A stretch of 32,000 nucleotides of DNA from Desulfosudaceae bacterium. GTDB taxonomy: Bacteria > Desulfobacterota > Desulfobacteria > Desulfobacterales > Desulfosudaceae. The stretch lies in contig JBKHHL010000004.1 of the NCBI GenBank assembly GCA_046539175.1, positions 1 to 32,000 of the forward strand, written 5' to 3'. The notes beneath the pieces are model-generated. The model was given only the letters and a program-made list of their open reading frames with translations, was not told where the DNA came from and did no database searches. Position 1 is the stretch's first letter. Each line of letters begins with the position of its first letter. The position numbers and the translations under genes are program-made. Shown in pieces: positions 1-7,375 of this stretch.

Positions 1-34
1 AAGTTTATTGGTTAAACCACTATAGTCGAAAAAA

Positions 35-56
35 TTCATGAAATATCCGGGTTAAG
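35..56 (-). repeat. Dispersed motif copy e (CTTAACCCGGATATTTCATGAA on the minus strand)
   Basis: Near-identical to the copies at 5836-5856, 5553-5573 and 30887-30909. It supplies the last codons (NPDIS) and the TGA stop of rSAM-1. Confidence 0.8.
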
Positions 57-1310
57 GGGCCTGCCGAAGGCCTGGTGGATCAGGTCTCTTCTTCTGGGCC
101 GGTAGCTTTTGTCCGCTTTTTCTTTTCGCATGACAGTCTGGAAGAGTTTCGACATGCGGACCTGCTGGGAATCTTCCCGGTAAAACGTGTCCCAGGCATA
201 AAACAACAGCTCCTGCAGGCGCTCCGGTGCCATCTGTTGCGGCTGATAGACGACCTTGTCCGCCGTATAATCATTCCAGTCATACGAAAAGATTCTTTTT
301 TCCGCGTGAAGCTTTTTAAAAGCGGGCGTATGGGGAAAGGGCGTTAAAACGGTGAATTCAGCCAGATCCAGTTCGATTTCCAGCAAGAAATCAATCAATT
401 CTTTTATAAAATCCTCGGTATGCGAATCCAGGCCCAGCAGAATGGTGCCTTCCACCGCGATGCCATGATCGTGGTAACGCCGGATGCGCTCTTTTATATA
501 ATCCGAGGTATCAAAGACGGCCTGATAAACATACCAGGCGCCGGCCTGCGCGGCCAGGTCCAGTACTTCCGGCTGATCTTCAATGGGATGGCAGCACCAT
601 TTCTTCTTTAATGGAATCATTTCCCGGAAAAGATCTTTTTCCCACCGGGTGTCCTGCGCCAGGGAGTTGTCCACCAGGAACAGCCGGTTGTTATCAATGG
701 CGGCCATTTCCTCGATCACCTTGTCAATCGGGCGGGGACGGAATTTACGGCCACCCAGATACGCCACGGCGCAGGGATAACAGTTGAAACGGCAGCCGCG
801 TGAGGCGTGAACCAGATCCACCATCTGGATGCCCTTGTAGTTGTAGAGCTGCCTTTTAAGAATATCTCTGCGGGCCGTCCCCACCAGTTCGATGGGGGGA
901 TGGTCGGATAGATGATCGTAGACTTTCCGAAGACGATTGTTCCTGAAGTCATCGAACACTTTTTCCAGGTGCCCCTCTGATTCCCCCAGGAAAACGGCAT
1001 CGGCGTGCCGGCTTGTTTCTTCCGCGTGCAGCATGGTGGCAATGCCGCCAAAAATCACCGTAACACCTTTTTGCCGGTATGTATCGGCGATTTCCCAGCC
1101 CCGCTTTACCTGACTTGTCAGCATCATGGAAATACCGACCATATCGGTCGGCCGGCTGAAGTCGATCTCCTCCAGATTTTCATCGACAAATTCAACCTCA
1201 ACGTCCGCCGGCAGGGAAGCGGCCAATACGACCGGACCGTGGGGCGGAAGATGAAATTCCGTCTGGCGGGCCAACTTCGGCCATCGGGGATAAATCAGGG
1301 TAAACTGCAT
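36..1310 (-). CDS. B12-binding-domain radical SAM enzyme (rSAM-1)
   Basis: 424-aa ORF. An N-terminal B12-binding-type Rossmann region (DMVGISMMLTSQ...VTVIFGG) is followed by the radical SAM cluster box SRGCRFNCYPC (CxxxCxxC). The ATG lies 22 nt after the ACP stop and has an AAGG SD. The stop codon lies inside a copy of the dispersed motif. Confidence 0.85.
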   Translation of the reverse strand: MQFTLIYPRWPKLARQTEFHLPPHGPVVLAASLPADVEVEFVDENLEEIDFSRPTDMVGISMMLTSQVKRGWEIADTYRQKGVTVIFGGIATMLHAEETSRHADAVFLGESEGHLEKVFDDFRNNRLRKVYDHLSDHPPIELVGTARRDILKRQLYNYKGIQMVDLVHASRGCRFNCYPCAVAYLGGRKFRPRPIDKVIEEMAAIDNNRLFLVDNSLAQDTRWEKDLFREMIPLKKKWCCHPIEDQPEVLDLAAQAGAWYVYQAVFDTSDYIKERIRRYHDHGIAVEGTILLGLDSHTEDFIKELIDFLLEIELDLAEFTVLTPFPHTPAFKKLHAEKRIFSYDWNDYTADKVVYQPQQMAPERLQELLFYAWDTFYREDSQQVRMSKLFQTVMRKEKADKSYRPRRRDLIHQAFGRPLNPDIS

Positions 1311-1332
1311 GAAATACCTTGCGAAAGAGACT

Positions 1333-1608
1333 TTAGTTTTTCGAAGCGGTCGATTCCGAACGGTTTTCCCGAATATACGCGGTAAGCGTTTCTACGGAAG
1401 CAAAAACCTTTTCACCCAGTTCCTTATTGTCTATAACGATACCATAATCCTGCTCGATCATCATCACCAGCTCAAGGATATCGATTGAATCAATCCCCAG
1501 ACCCTCGCCGACAAGAGGTGCTTTCTCGTCGATATCTTCCGGGGCTATATCCTCCAGGTAGAGGGTATCAATTATTTTTACCTTGATCTCTTCTATGAAC
1601 TCCTGCAT
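1333..1608 (-). CDS. Dedicated acyl carrier protein
   Basis: 91 aa from the ATG at 1608, which has an AAGGG SD 9 nt upstream; the track ORF starts at a TTG at 1626. The phosphopantetheine-site motif is GLGIDSIDILELV (a DSL-type serine). The protein is acidic and has the helix-rich length typical of ACPs. Confidence 0.85.
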   Translation of the reverse strand: MQEFIEEIKVKIIDTLYLEDIAPEDIDEKAPLVGEGLGIDSIDILELVMMIEQDYGIVIDNKELGEKVFASVETLTAYIRENRSESTASKN

Positions 1609-1626
1609 GAAAATTACCCTTGTCAA

Positions 1627-1742
1627 TTCAATGTATTTATTTTATAAAAGGTAAAATTACCATGCGACAAGATGCAAGTCAATCTTCTTTCTAACCCGGA
1701 CTTTTCATGAGTCAACTTGATAATTGAATTCCAGAGCAGAAT
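1627..1742. promoter_or_regulatory. Divergent control region between the ACP-rSAM-1 and hotdog-FabG units
   Basis: 116-bp AT-rich spacer between divergently oriented starts. It contains a motif copy (1691-1713) and a GATAAT hexamer at 1719-1724. No clean -35/-10 pair could be assigned. Confidence 0.4.
1691..1713 (+). repeat. Dispersed motif copy b (CTAACCCGGACTTTTCATGAGTC)
   Basis: Shares CTAACCCGGA and TTTCATGA with the other copies. It starts about 50 nt upstream of the ATG at 1743. Confidence 0.65.
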
Positions 1743-2174
1743 ATGGGAAATACTCTTTTTGCCGTTGAAGACTACGTCATCCAGCGCGAACGCATGATGC
1801 TCATTAATGCCATTGATCAGGTTGACGAACAGGGCGCCGTTGCCCGCTCAACCACAACAGATTTGTGGCCTCTTTTTAAAAACGGTGCTATCAATCCGCT
1901 GGTCATTGTCGAACTGGTGGCGCAGACATCCGGGATCAGCTTCCGATGGTCAGAAACGCAAACCCGTCCCGGTGAAAAAGCAGAAGGGAGCGGTTTAATC
2001 GTGGGGCTCAAAAAGGCCGTTTTTTTTGTTGACGCCATTCCGCTGAAAGCAACTGTTGTCACTTGCTCGACAAAAGATTATACCTATATAAATTACGCCG
2101 AATACAGCGGCTTTTCCAAAATCGGGGAGGAAAGACTGGGCGAAGTTACCCTGCAGGTTTTAAGAACAGACTGA
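1743..2174 (+). CDS. FabZ-like hotdog-fold protein (dehydratase partner subunit?), histidine-free
   Basis: 143 aa. LFKNGAINPLVIVELVAQTSG aligns by eye to the FabZ active-site stretch [23 protein letters not shown]. The Glu-x-x-AQ is kept but His is replaced by Ala, and the whole protein contains no His. It sits immediately upstream of FabG. Confidence 0.6.
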   Translation: MGNTLFAVEDYVIQRERMMLINAIDQVDEQGAVARSTTTDLWPLFKNGAINPLVIVELVAQTSGISFRWSETQTRPGEKAEGSGLIVGLKKAVFFVDAIPLKATVVTCSTKDYTYINYAEYSGFSKIGEERLGEVTLQVLRTD

Positions 2175-2198
2175 AAAAATATGAAAGGGGGCCATCCC

Positions 2199-2921
2199 AT
2201 GGGAGAAAAGACAGCCCTGGTTACCGGCGGCGGCCGCGGCATCGGACGGGCGATCTCGCTGGAACTGGCAAACCACGGGTATCATATAACCATCAATTAT
2301 AAATCCGGTCGGGAAGCGGCTGCTGAAACACTCGAAATGATCCGGCAAAACGGGGGTGAGGGAAGCACGGTCGGCTTTGATGTAACCGATCCGGAGGCAA
2401 GCGGGCAAGCGCTTGACGAAATTGCCAAAACCTTCGACATCGAAATTCTTGTCAATAATGCCGGCATCACCGCCGACGGCCTGTTTATCATGATGCCGCA
2501 GAAAGACTGGCAGTCGGTAATCGACACCTCCCTGGCAGGTTTTTACAATGTAACCCGACCGGTAGTCAAAAAAATGCTCCGGAAAAAAACGGGGGCGGTT
2601 GTCTCCATATCTTCAGTTTCCGGGATTGTGGGCAACCGCGGACAAGTCAATTATTCCGCTGCCAAGGCCGGCATAATAGGCGCGAGCCGGGCGCTGGCCT
2701 CCGAGGTGGCGCGACTGGGAATAAGGGTCAACGTGGTGGCCCCGGGACTGATTAAAACGGAAATGATTAAGGACGCGCCGGTGGATGAGATCAAAAAGAT
2801 CATTCCCATGGCCCGCGTCGGCCAACCCGAAGAAGTCGCCAGAGTGGTCCGCTTTCTCTGCTCCGAGGACGCCTCTTATATTACCGGAGAGGTTATTTCG
2901 GTCAACGGCGGTATGGCGTAA
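2199..2921 (+). CDS. fabG: 3-oxoacyl-ACP reductase (SDR, FabG family)
   Basis: [15 protein letters not shown] is a TGxxxGIG cofactor loop. NNAG is present, as is the catalytic YSAAKAG (YxxxK). The start is placed at 2199 (AGGGGG SD) rather than the track start at 2181. Confidence 0.9.
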   Translation: MGEKTALVTGGGRGIGRAISLELANHGYHITINYKSGREAAAETLEMIRQNGGEGSTVGFDVTDPEASGQALDEIAKTFDIEILVNNAGITADGLFIMMPQKDWQSVIDTSLAGFYNVTRPVVKKMLRKKTGAVVSISSVSGIVGNRGQVNYSAAKAGIIGASRALASEVARLGIRVNVVAPGLIKTEMIKDAPVDEIKKIIPMARVGQPEEVARVVRFLCSEDASYITGEVISVNGGMA

Positions 2922-3187
2922 CGACCGTTACGGCAAAATTTTCACGAACCGGAGGCGGTATTTCTGGTTGCATAACCGCCCCGCCGTAATATAAAATATT
3001 ATTCCGCCAGCTCACATGACAATTCGTAATTTAATAAGCCGGACAAAAACATTACAACTTTAAGTTCCTTCTCATATACGAACATCCGGTTTCATGACAC
3101 GAAAATCAACGATGCTGTTGAAAGCGTGGTCTTTCAATAGCCAGACCCCGGACAAGACAAACAATAAAACCAAAAGGAGGGGGAAAA

Positions 3188-3616
3188 ATGAAAAAGAGCA
3201 TGTATGTCTGCGCGATTTTAATGGGTTTTTTGTTTCTGATGGCGTGCAGTACGGCCTTGACCAAGGCGGATATCGATCCCTGGCTGCAGGAGGTCGCCGG
3301 GGACACGGAGGCGTCGATCAATATTGAGGGCCGTTGGCAGGATGTCAAGGCGGATCCCAATAACCCGTTCGGCTGGGGCAAAGGGCTTTTTGAACAGGAA
3401 GGGAATCGGGTCACTGGCTCTCTTGGCGACTACAAGATTGAAGGAAAAGTCAGCGGGGACACGGCTTACCTGGTCTTTCTTTCCGGAGGCGAGGTGTATT
3501 ACACCACTCGCCTGGAAAGACATGAAGACGATACCCTGCGCGGCGACTATTTTCATTCCGACGACAAGGAACAGAAACAGGGCCAGCCAATAGCCCTGGA
3601 ACGGGTTGAAAAGTAA
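3188..3616 (+). CDS. Lipoprotein of unknown function
   Basis: Signal peptide with lipobox (FLFLMAC at the end of MKKSMYVCAILMGFLFLMAC). A strong GGAGGGGG SD precedes it. No recognisable catalytic motif. Confidence 0.6.
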   Translation: MKKSMYVCAILMGFLFLMACSTALTKADIDPWLQEVAGDTEASINIEGRWQDVKADPNNPFGWGKGLFEQEGNRVTGSLGDYKIEGKVSGDTAYLVFLSGGEVYYTTRLERHEDDTLRGDYFHSDDKEQKQGQPIALERVEK

Positions 3617-3752
3617 TCCCGCGGCAAACAAGTTCTCCGGGCATCTGCCATGGGTCCGGGGAGCGATCCTGCCGCTGGTCTGTTTTTTTGCTGAGCGTAT
3701 CCGGCTGTCGGGCTCTTGCGCCCATCCAGCCGGAATTTTAACTTTGACGGGT

Positions 3753-3783
3753 GCCGCGGCCGAAGCGACAGCTTGGCCGCGGC
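3753..3783. terminator. GC-rich hairpin between convergent genes
   Basis: GCCGCGGCCGAAGC / GCTTGGCCGCGGC forms a 13-bp stem with one bulge and a GACA loop. It lies between the ends of 3188-3616 (+) and 3842-4930 (-). There is no clear U-tract on either side, so the intrinsic-terminator call is tentative. Confidence 0.4.
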
Positions 3784-3841
3784 GTTCTATCGGTGGCGAT
3801 TTGCCCACCGGCTGGCCGCGTCGCAGTCCTGGTTGATGTCT

Positions 3842-4930
3842 TTATCTTTTCAGATGCTCGAAATCGACCCCCCGGGAGCGGGCCCGCATATCAAACCATT
3901 CATCCTCGTCCTGGGGTGGAATCACCTGCTGATCCGCCGCCCTGGCTACCAGGGTAACGGCTTCCTCGGGACAGGCACTAACGCACAGACCGCACCCGAT
4001 ACACTGTGTTTCCGTCACCCGGTACCCCTCATCGGTCTGCCTGACGGCCCCGACCTGACAGCGCTCATCGGCGCAGATGCCGCATTCGGAGCAGAGATCG
4101 GCATCGATAACGGCGTAATAATTGGACCTGATTATTGTTGAGGCATCCAGCTCCCACTCATTGATGACGCGCAGCACACCACAGCAGCAGCCGCAGCAAT
4201 TGCAGATAAAGTCCTGGCCGTTAATCACGTTTCTCGCCAGATGGACCAGCCCGGCCTCCTCCGCCTGGTGCAGTATCTCGTAGGCCTCGGTCTTGCTTAT
4301 CTGCCGTCCCCAGGGATGATCGTCAAACACACCCGGAACCGGCGCCACGCCCAGACAGACCTCCATGGGCTTATCACAGCCCTTGTCGATCATGCGCTTC
4401 TCTTTTTTACAGATGCAGTCGTTGACGGCAAAATCAAGGCCCTTTTCAATGATAGCGGAAACGCGGTCGTAAGGCAGGGCCGACTGTGAATCGACCAGCT
4501 CCCGCTCTATGGGCACAGCTCTCATCAGGGGCGGTTCATGCTTAAAAAACGCCTCCCCGAAAAAGGGCATATAGGCCTCACACAGTTCGATAAACTCCCG
4601 ATCCATGCGATCGATCTGGAATTCATATAAACCGAACACCCAGGGCAGAAGCTTGTATATCTTTACGCCTTTCAGGTTGACGCCGAAGATCAGCCCCCGC
4701 TTCCACATAGTATCGAGTTTTTCATCCAGAAAATCTCTGGGAAGCCCCGTACGCTCGGCAATCTGATCAACATTTTCAAAATTCAACTTTAATCGGCAGA
4801 AGAGCTCCGCCTCTTCCGGTTCGAACATCTTTTTCAGCAGCTTGATTTCCACACCGCTCTCGGTTTTAGGATAACCGTTGGGCAGTGTATCCAGCACTTC
4901 GGCCAGCCGATGATAAACTGAGTCGTTCAT
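3842..4930 (-). CDS. Cys-rich iron-sulfur protein (2x[4Fe-4S] ferredoxin domain at the C-terminus)
   Basis: 362 aa from the ATG at 4930, which has a GGGAG SD 7 nt upstream; the track start at 4978 is a TTG. Cys motifs are CICKKEKRMIDKGCDKPMEVC, CNCCGCCCG, and two ferredoxin boxes, CSECGICADERC and CIGCGLCVSACP. Confidence 0.7.
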   Translation of the reverse strand: MNDSVYHRLAEVLDTLPNGYPKTESGVEIKLLKKMFEPEEAELFCRLKLNFENVDQIAERTGLPRDFLDEKLDTMWKRGLIFGVNLKGVKIYKLLPWVFGLYEFQIDRMDREFIELCEAYMPFFGEAFFKHEPPLMRAVPIERELVDSQSALPYDRVSAIIEKGLDFAVNDCICKKEKRMIDKGCDKPMEVCLGVAPVPGVFDDHPWGRQISKTEAYEILHQAEEAGLVHLARNVINGQDFICNCCGCCCGVLRVINEWELDASTIIRSNYYAVIDADLCSECGICADERCQVGAVRQTDEGYRVTETQCIGCGLCVSACPEEAVTLVARAADQQVIPPQDEDEWFDMRARSRGVDFEHLKR

Positions 4931-5047
4931 GGCGTGTCTCCCTTGGTTTACGGAGTATGGCGAGTCATTTACCGGCAATGTAAACGCCGTCCTGAATAAT
5001 TAGTAATGTATATCATATTTCCGACAAAACACCATCGTATATGAGAA

Positions 5048-5473
5048 TCAGTGGCATGACCGGTCATTGTTTAAGATCCGAACCCTATCGGGCGCGTGTT
5101 TTTCAACAAATATGCGGGCGAGCCATTTCAGCAGCGCTTTGAAATGATCCATCCCGGCCAGGGTCAGTCCAAACATGCACAAAAAATGCGCCACGATCCA
5201 GATAACCGGACCACTTATTATAATCAACAGGGGCTCACGGTTAAAAATGGCAAATACGCTTAAGGCGGTGATTACCGGCCAGCAGATGGCGTAGCTCACA
5301 GCGATACAGACAAGTCCGATGATCATCCTGCCGGAAGGCTTCTGACGGAAAACACTCAGATCGGCTTTTTCTCTTACGGCTTGAGCTACAAATCTGGTTT
5401 TCAATAACTGTCCGGCCAATCTTCTGGAAAAGCTCAAAAAAAAATCTCCTGTTCTGACGCTTGCAGCAGGCAA
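5048..5473 (-). CDS. Small integral membrane protein, unknown function
   Basis: Three predicted hydrophobic helices (IIGLVCIAVSYAICWPVITALSVFAIF, LLIIISGPVIWIVAHFLCMFGLTLAG). The start is uncertain: TTG at 5473 or ATG at 5326. Confidence 0.45.
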   Translation of the reverse strand: MPAASVRTGDFFLSFSRRLAGQLLKTRFVAQAVREKADLSVFRQKPSGRMIIGLVCIAVSYAICWPVITALSVFAIFNREPLLIIISGPVIWIVAHFLCMFGLTLAGMDHFKALLKWLARIFVEKHAPDRVRILNNDRSCH

Positions 5474-5494
5474 TCAGCCCGGAAACTTCATGAG
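5474..5494 (+). repeat. Dispersed motif copy c, variant (TCAGCCCGGAAACTTCATGAG)
   Basis: Shares the GCCCGG and CTTCATGAG halves with copy d and with the core motif. It forms an inverted pair with copy f. Confidence 0.55.
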
Positions 5495-5573
5495 TTTTTT
5501 GATATAAAATTGCCCTTATTCCGAAAATACGAAATGACGTCTTTCAAAAAATTTCATAAATGATCCGGGTTAG
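5495..5573. repeat. AT-rich repeat unit A (TTTTTTGATATAAAA...TTCAAAAAATTTCATAAATGATCCGGGTTAG)
   Basis: Aligns end to end with unit B (5713-5856), apart from a roughly 65-nt extra segment in B. The shared blocks are TTTTTTGATATAAAA, TTATTCC, AAAATGAC and TTCAAAAAATTTCAT.AA...ATCCGGGTTAG. Confidence 0.75.
5553..5573 (-). repeat. Dispersed motif copy f (CTAACCCGGATCATTTATGAA on the minus strand)
   Basis: Part of unit A. It abuts and overlaps copy d in inverted orientation (CCGGGTTAGCCCGG centre). Confidence 0.75.
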
Positions 5574-5590
5574 CCCGGTTATTTCACGAG
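5570..5590 (+). repeat. Dispersed motif copy d, variant (TTAGCCCGGTTATTTCACGAG)
   Basis: 16 of 21 positions match the reverse complement of copy g. It forms the left arm of an inverted pair enclosing 5591-5835. Confidence 0.55.
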
Positions 5591-5698
5591 TCGATTTGGG
5601 CCCGAGCCCCTGGCTCCACCTGCAAGGCGCAGGGCGCGAAGCTGTAGTAATCTACCGCGAGCGGCCTGCAACAAAGCAGCTGCGCCCAAGGTGACTCG
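5587..5698. other. GC-rich structured insert (candidate small RNA or mobile stem-loop element)
   Basis: About 112 nt of GC-rich sequence sits between two AT-rich repeat units. Nested complementarity can be read by eye: CGAGTC 5587-5592 / GACTCG 5693-5698, CACCT 5617-5621 / AGGTG 5689-5693, GGCGCAG 5626-5632 / CTGCGCC 5680-5686, and an inner hairpin GTAG-TAAT-CTAC at 5644-5655. I recognise no known RNA family. Confidence 0.25.
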
Positions 5699-5767
5699 CC
5701 CGAAGGGTGAAATTTTTTGATATAAAAATGATTTTATTCCACAAATCCAAAATGACAATTTGTAATT

Positions 5768-5795
5768 TTGGAATGACTACAAAATGCAATATAAA
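5768..5795 (+). promoter_or_regulatory. Candidate sigma70-type promoter facing the ligase operon
   Basis: TTGGAA (5768-5773), a 16-nt spacer, then TATAAA (5790-5795), about 170 nt upstream of the ATG at 5966. It lies in very AT-rich DNA, where such matches occur by chance. Confidence 0.3.
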
Positions 5796-5835
5796 TAATT
5801 TAAATGATGCAATAAAGTAATGATTTTCAAAAAAT

Positions 5836-5856
5836 TTCATGAAATATCCGGGTTAG
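5836..5856 (-). repeat. Dispersed motif copy g (CTAACCCGGATATTTCATGAA on the minus strand)
   Basis: Best copy. It includes the 12-bp perfect palindrome ATTTCATGAAAT. Confidence 0.8.
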
Positions 5857-5965
5857 AGCTTGAAAGCATCAGAACGATATATTATCTTGAATGACAGAAT
5901 TAAGCCATAAATGATTGCAAATGAACTGCCTGGCGAATCCATCAAAGATTCCATAATAACATACG

Positions 5966-7345
5966 ATGACGACTCTTGCCGAACAACTGGAGAAAATTGT
6001 TTCAGGTCCGCAACACCCCGGCCACGATTATATTTTATCAAAATACACATATGAAGATATATTTGCAATAGCCGGCACTTTGCAAAAACATTATTTTTCT
6101 TCCGAAAAAGCGGAGTCCATCTGTCTTTGCCTGAAGGACAAGGGTCTCATCGCGGCGGCTCTGCTGGCCGCTCTGACCCGCCCCGTCAAACTCATCATCC
6201 CCCATTTTTTTTCGGAATCCGTTCTTTGGGAAATGCATCAGGCGCACGCGTTTTCAAAGGCCCTGCTGGAAAAACCGGTTGATCTGCCTCCAGAGGTGGA
6301 AATCATTGTACCTGCCCGGTCCGCTTCAGACCGGACAAGGTTTGATAACTCCTTCGTTCGTCGCCCTGACAGCGAAATTGTCAAGCTTTTTACCGGAGGT
6401 TCAACATGTGTGCCCCGGATCTGGTCTAAAACCATCCGCAACCTGTTTGCGGAAGCGATTTATCACCGCGGGAAATTGCAGGTATCGCCGGATGATCGCT
6501 TCGCGGCAACCGTGCCGCCTTTACATATTTATGGTCTGTTATTTTCGGTTCTGACCCCGTTTGTCGCCTCTGCCTCAGTCATTGACGACGTATTGACCTA
6601 TCCCCACGAAATTCAAACCGCCATAAGCCGGAACCGGGCGAGTGTTCTTGTCAGCATCCCCCTGCATTATAAAATGTTGACTGAAATTACCTTCCAGCCG
6701 GGATCACTTCGCCACGCGCTTTCCTCTGCTGCGGAACTCGATACGGCAGTCGGTCGCTCTTTTTATGCCCAGACCGGTCTGGGGATTACGGAAATATTCG
6801 GCTCCACGGAAACCGGCGGCATCGCCTCGCGCCTGCACACTGAAGAAAACAAATATTTCAAACCGTTTGACTGCGTAGGATGGAAAACTACCGGGAATCG
6901 GCTGGCCATCCGCTCTGATTTCATATCACCGGAACTGCCGGTGGATGAAGACGGTTTTTTTATCACCAGCGATCGGGTAAAAATTCCGGCTGACGACGGC
7001 TTCGAACTGGCGGGACGGGCGGACCTGGTCGTTAAAGTGGCCGGCAAGCGGGTGGACCTGAATGAAGTAAAAAACGCCATCACCAGCATTCCGGACGTAA
7101 AAGACGCCGCTGTTATTTATGAAGCATCCGGCAACGGCAGGGGTGGCGAAATCCGCACACTGGTGGCAACCGATATGGACAGCGGGGAAATAAGAAAAGT
7201 CCTCCGGGGAAGCCTGCAAAGCTATGCCGTTCCACGCCGGATCAGAGTCGTCGATAAAATTCCCCTTTCTCCAGCTGGTAAATATGAAAATACCGAGATC
7301 AGAAAATTGTTGGAAGAGTGTTCAAACAACGAAAAACGAAATTGA
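5966..7345 (+). CDS. AMP-dependent synthetase/ligase (aryl- or acyl-acid adenylating enzyme)
   Basis: ANL-superfamily core motifs are present: TGGSTCVPRIWSKT (a degenerate P-loop-like A3), FGSTETGG (A5), and SDRV...GRADLVVKVAGKRVDLNEV (A7/A8), plus the C-terminal PLSPAGK lysine motif. Confidence 0.85.
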   Translation: MTTLAEQLEKIVSGPQHPGHDYILSKYTYEDIFAIAGTLQKHYFSSEKAESICLCLKDKGLIAAALLAALTRPVKLIIPHFFSESVLWEMHQAHAFSKALLEKPVDLPPEVEIIVPARSASDRTRFDNSFVRRPDSEIVKLFTGGSTCVPRIWSKTIRNLFAEAIYHRGKLQVSPDDRFAATVPPLHIYGLLFSVLTPFVASASVIDDVLTYPHEIQTAISRNRASVLVSIPLHYKMLTEITFQPGSLRHALSSAAELDTAVGRSFYAQTGLGITEIFGSTETGGIASRLHTEENKYFKPFDCVGWKTTGNRLAIRSDFISPELPVDEDGFFITSDRVKIPADDGFELAGRADLVVKVAGKRVDLNEVKNAITSIPDVKDAAVIYEASGNGRGGEIRTLVATDMDSGEIRKVLRGSLQSYAVPRRIRVVDKIPLSPAGKYENTEIRKLLEECSNNEKRN

Positions 7346-7375
7346 CGGCTTCGTAAAAAATAAAGAAAAAGGAAA

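Larger units (their letters stand above)
5713..5856. repeat. AT-rich repeat unit B
   Basis: Second copy of unit A with an internal insertion of about 65 nt. That insertion contains the hairpin CCAAAAT-N11-ATTTTGG and extra AATGAC repeats. Confidence 0.75.

Noticed and set aside
3218-3808. 196-aa minus-strand ORF overlapping the lipoprotein gene
   Set aside because: The plus-strand gene has a strong SD and a signal peptide with lipobox. The minus ORF has neither and spans the intergenic hairpin.
5587-5698. Cobalamin riboswitch upstream of the B12-rSAM-containing operon
   Set aside because: It is an attractive idea given three B12 enzymes. However, I could not find a B12-box-like GCCACTG element or the conserved GGGAA/GGTG core on either strand.
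5474-5856. Possible CRISPR array or tandem-repeat locus
   Set aside because: There are only two long units plus inverted short motifs. Spacing is irregular, the copies are in mixed orientation, and no cas genes are present. This is not CRISPR-like.
5652-6068. Two small minus-strand ORFs (62 and 71 aa) in the AT-rich spacer
   Set aside because: They are made of repeat-unit sequence, have no SD, carry the low-complexity Ile/Phe/Lys composition expected of AT-rich non-coding DNA, and overlap the ligase gene start.
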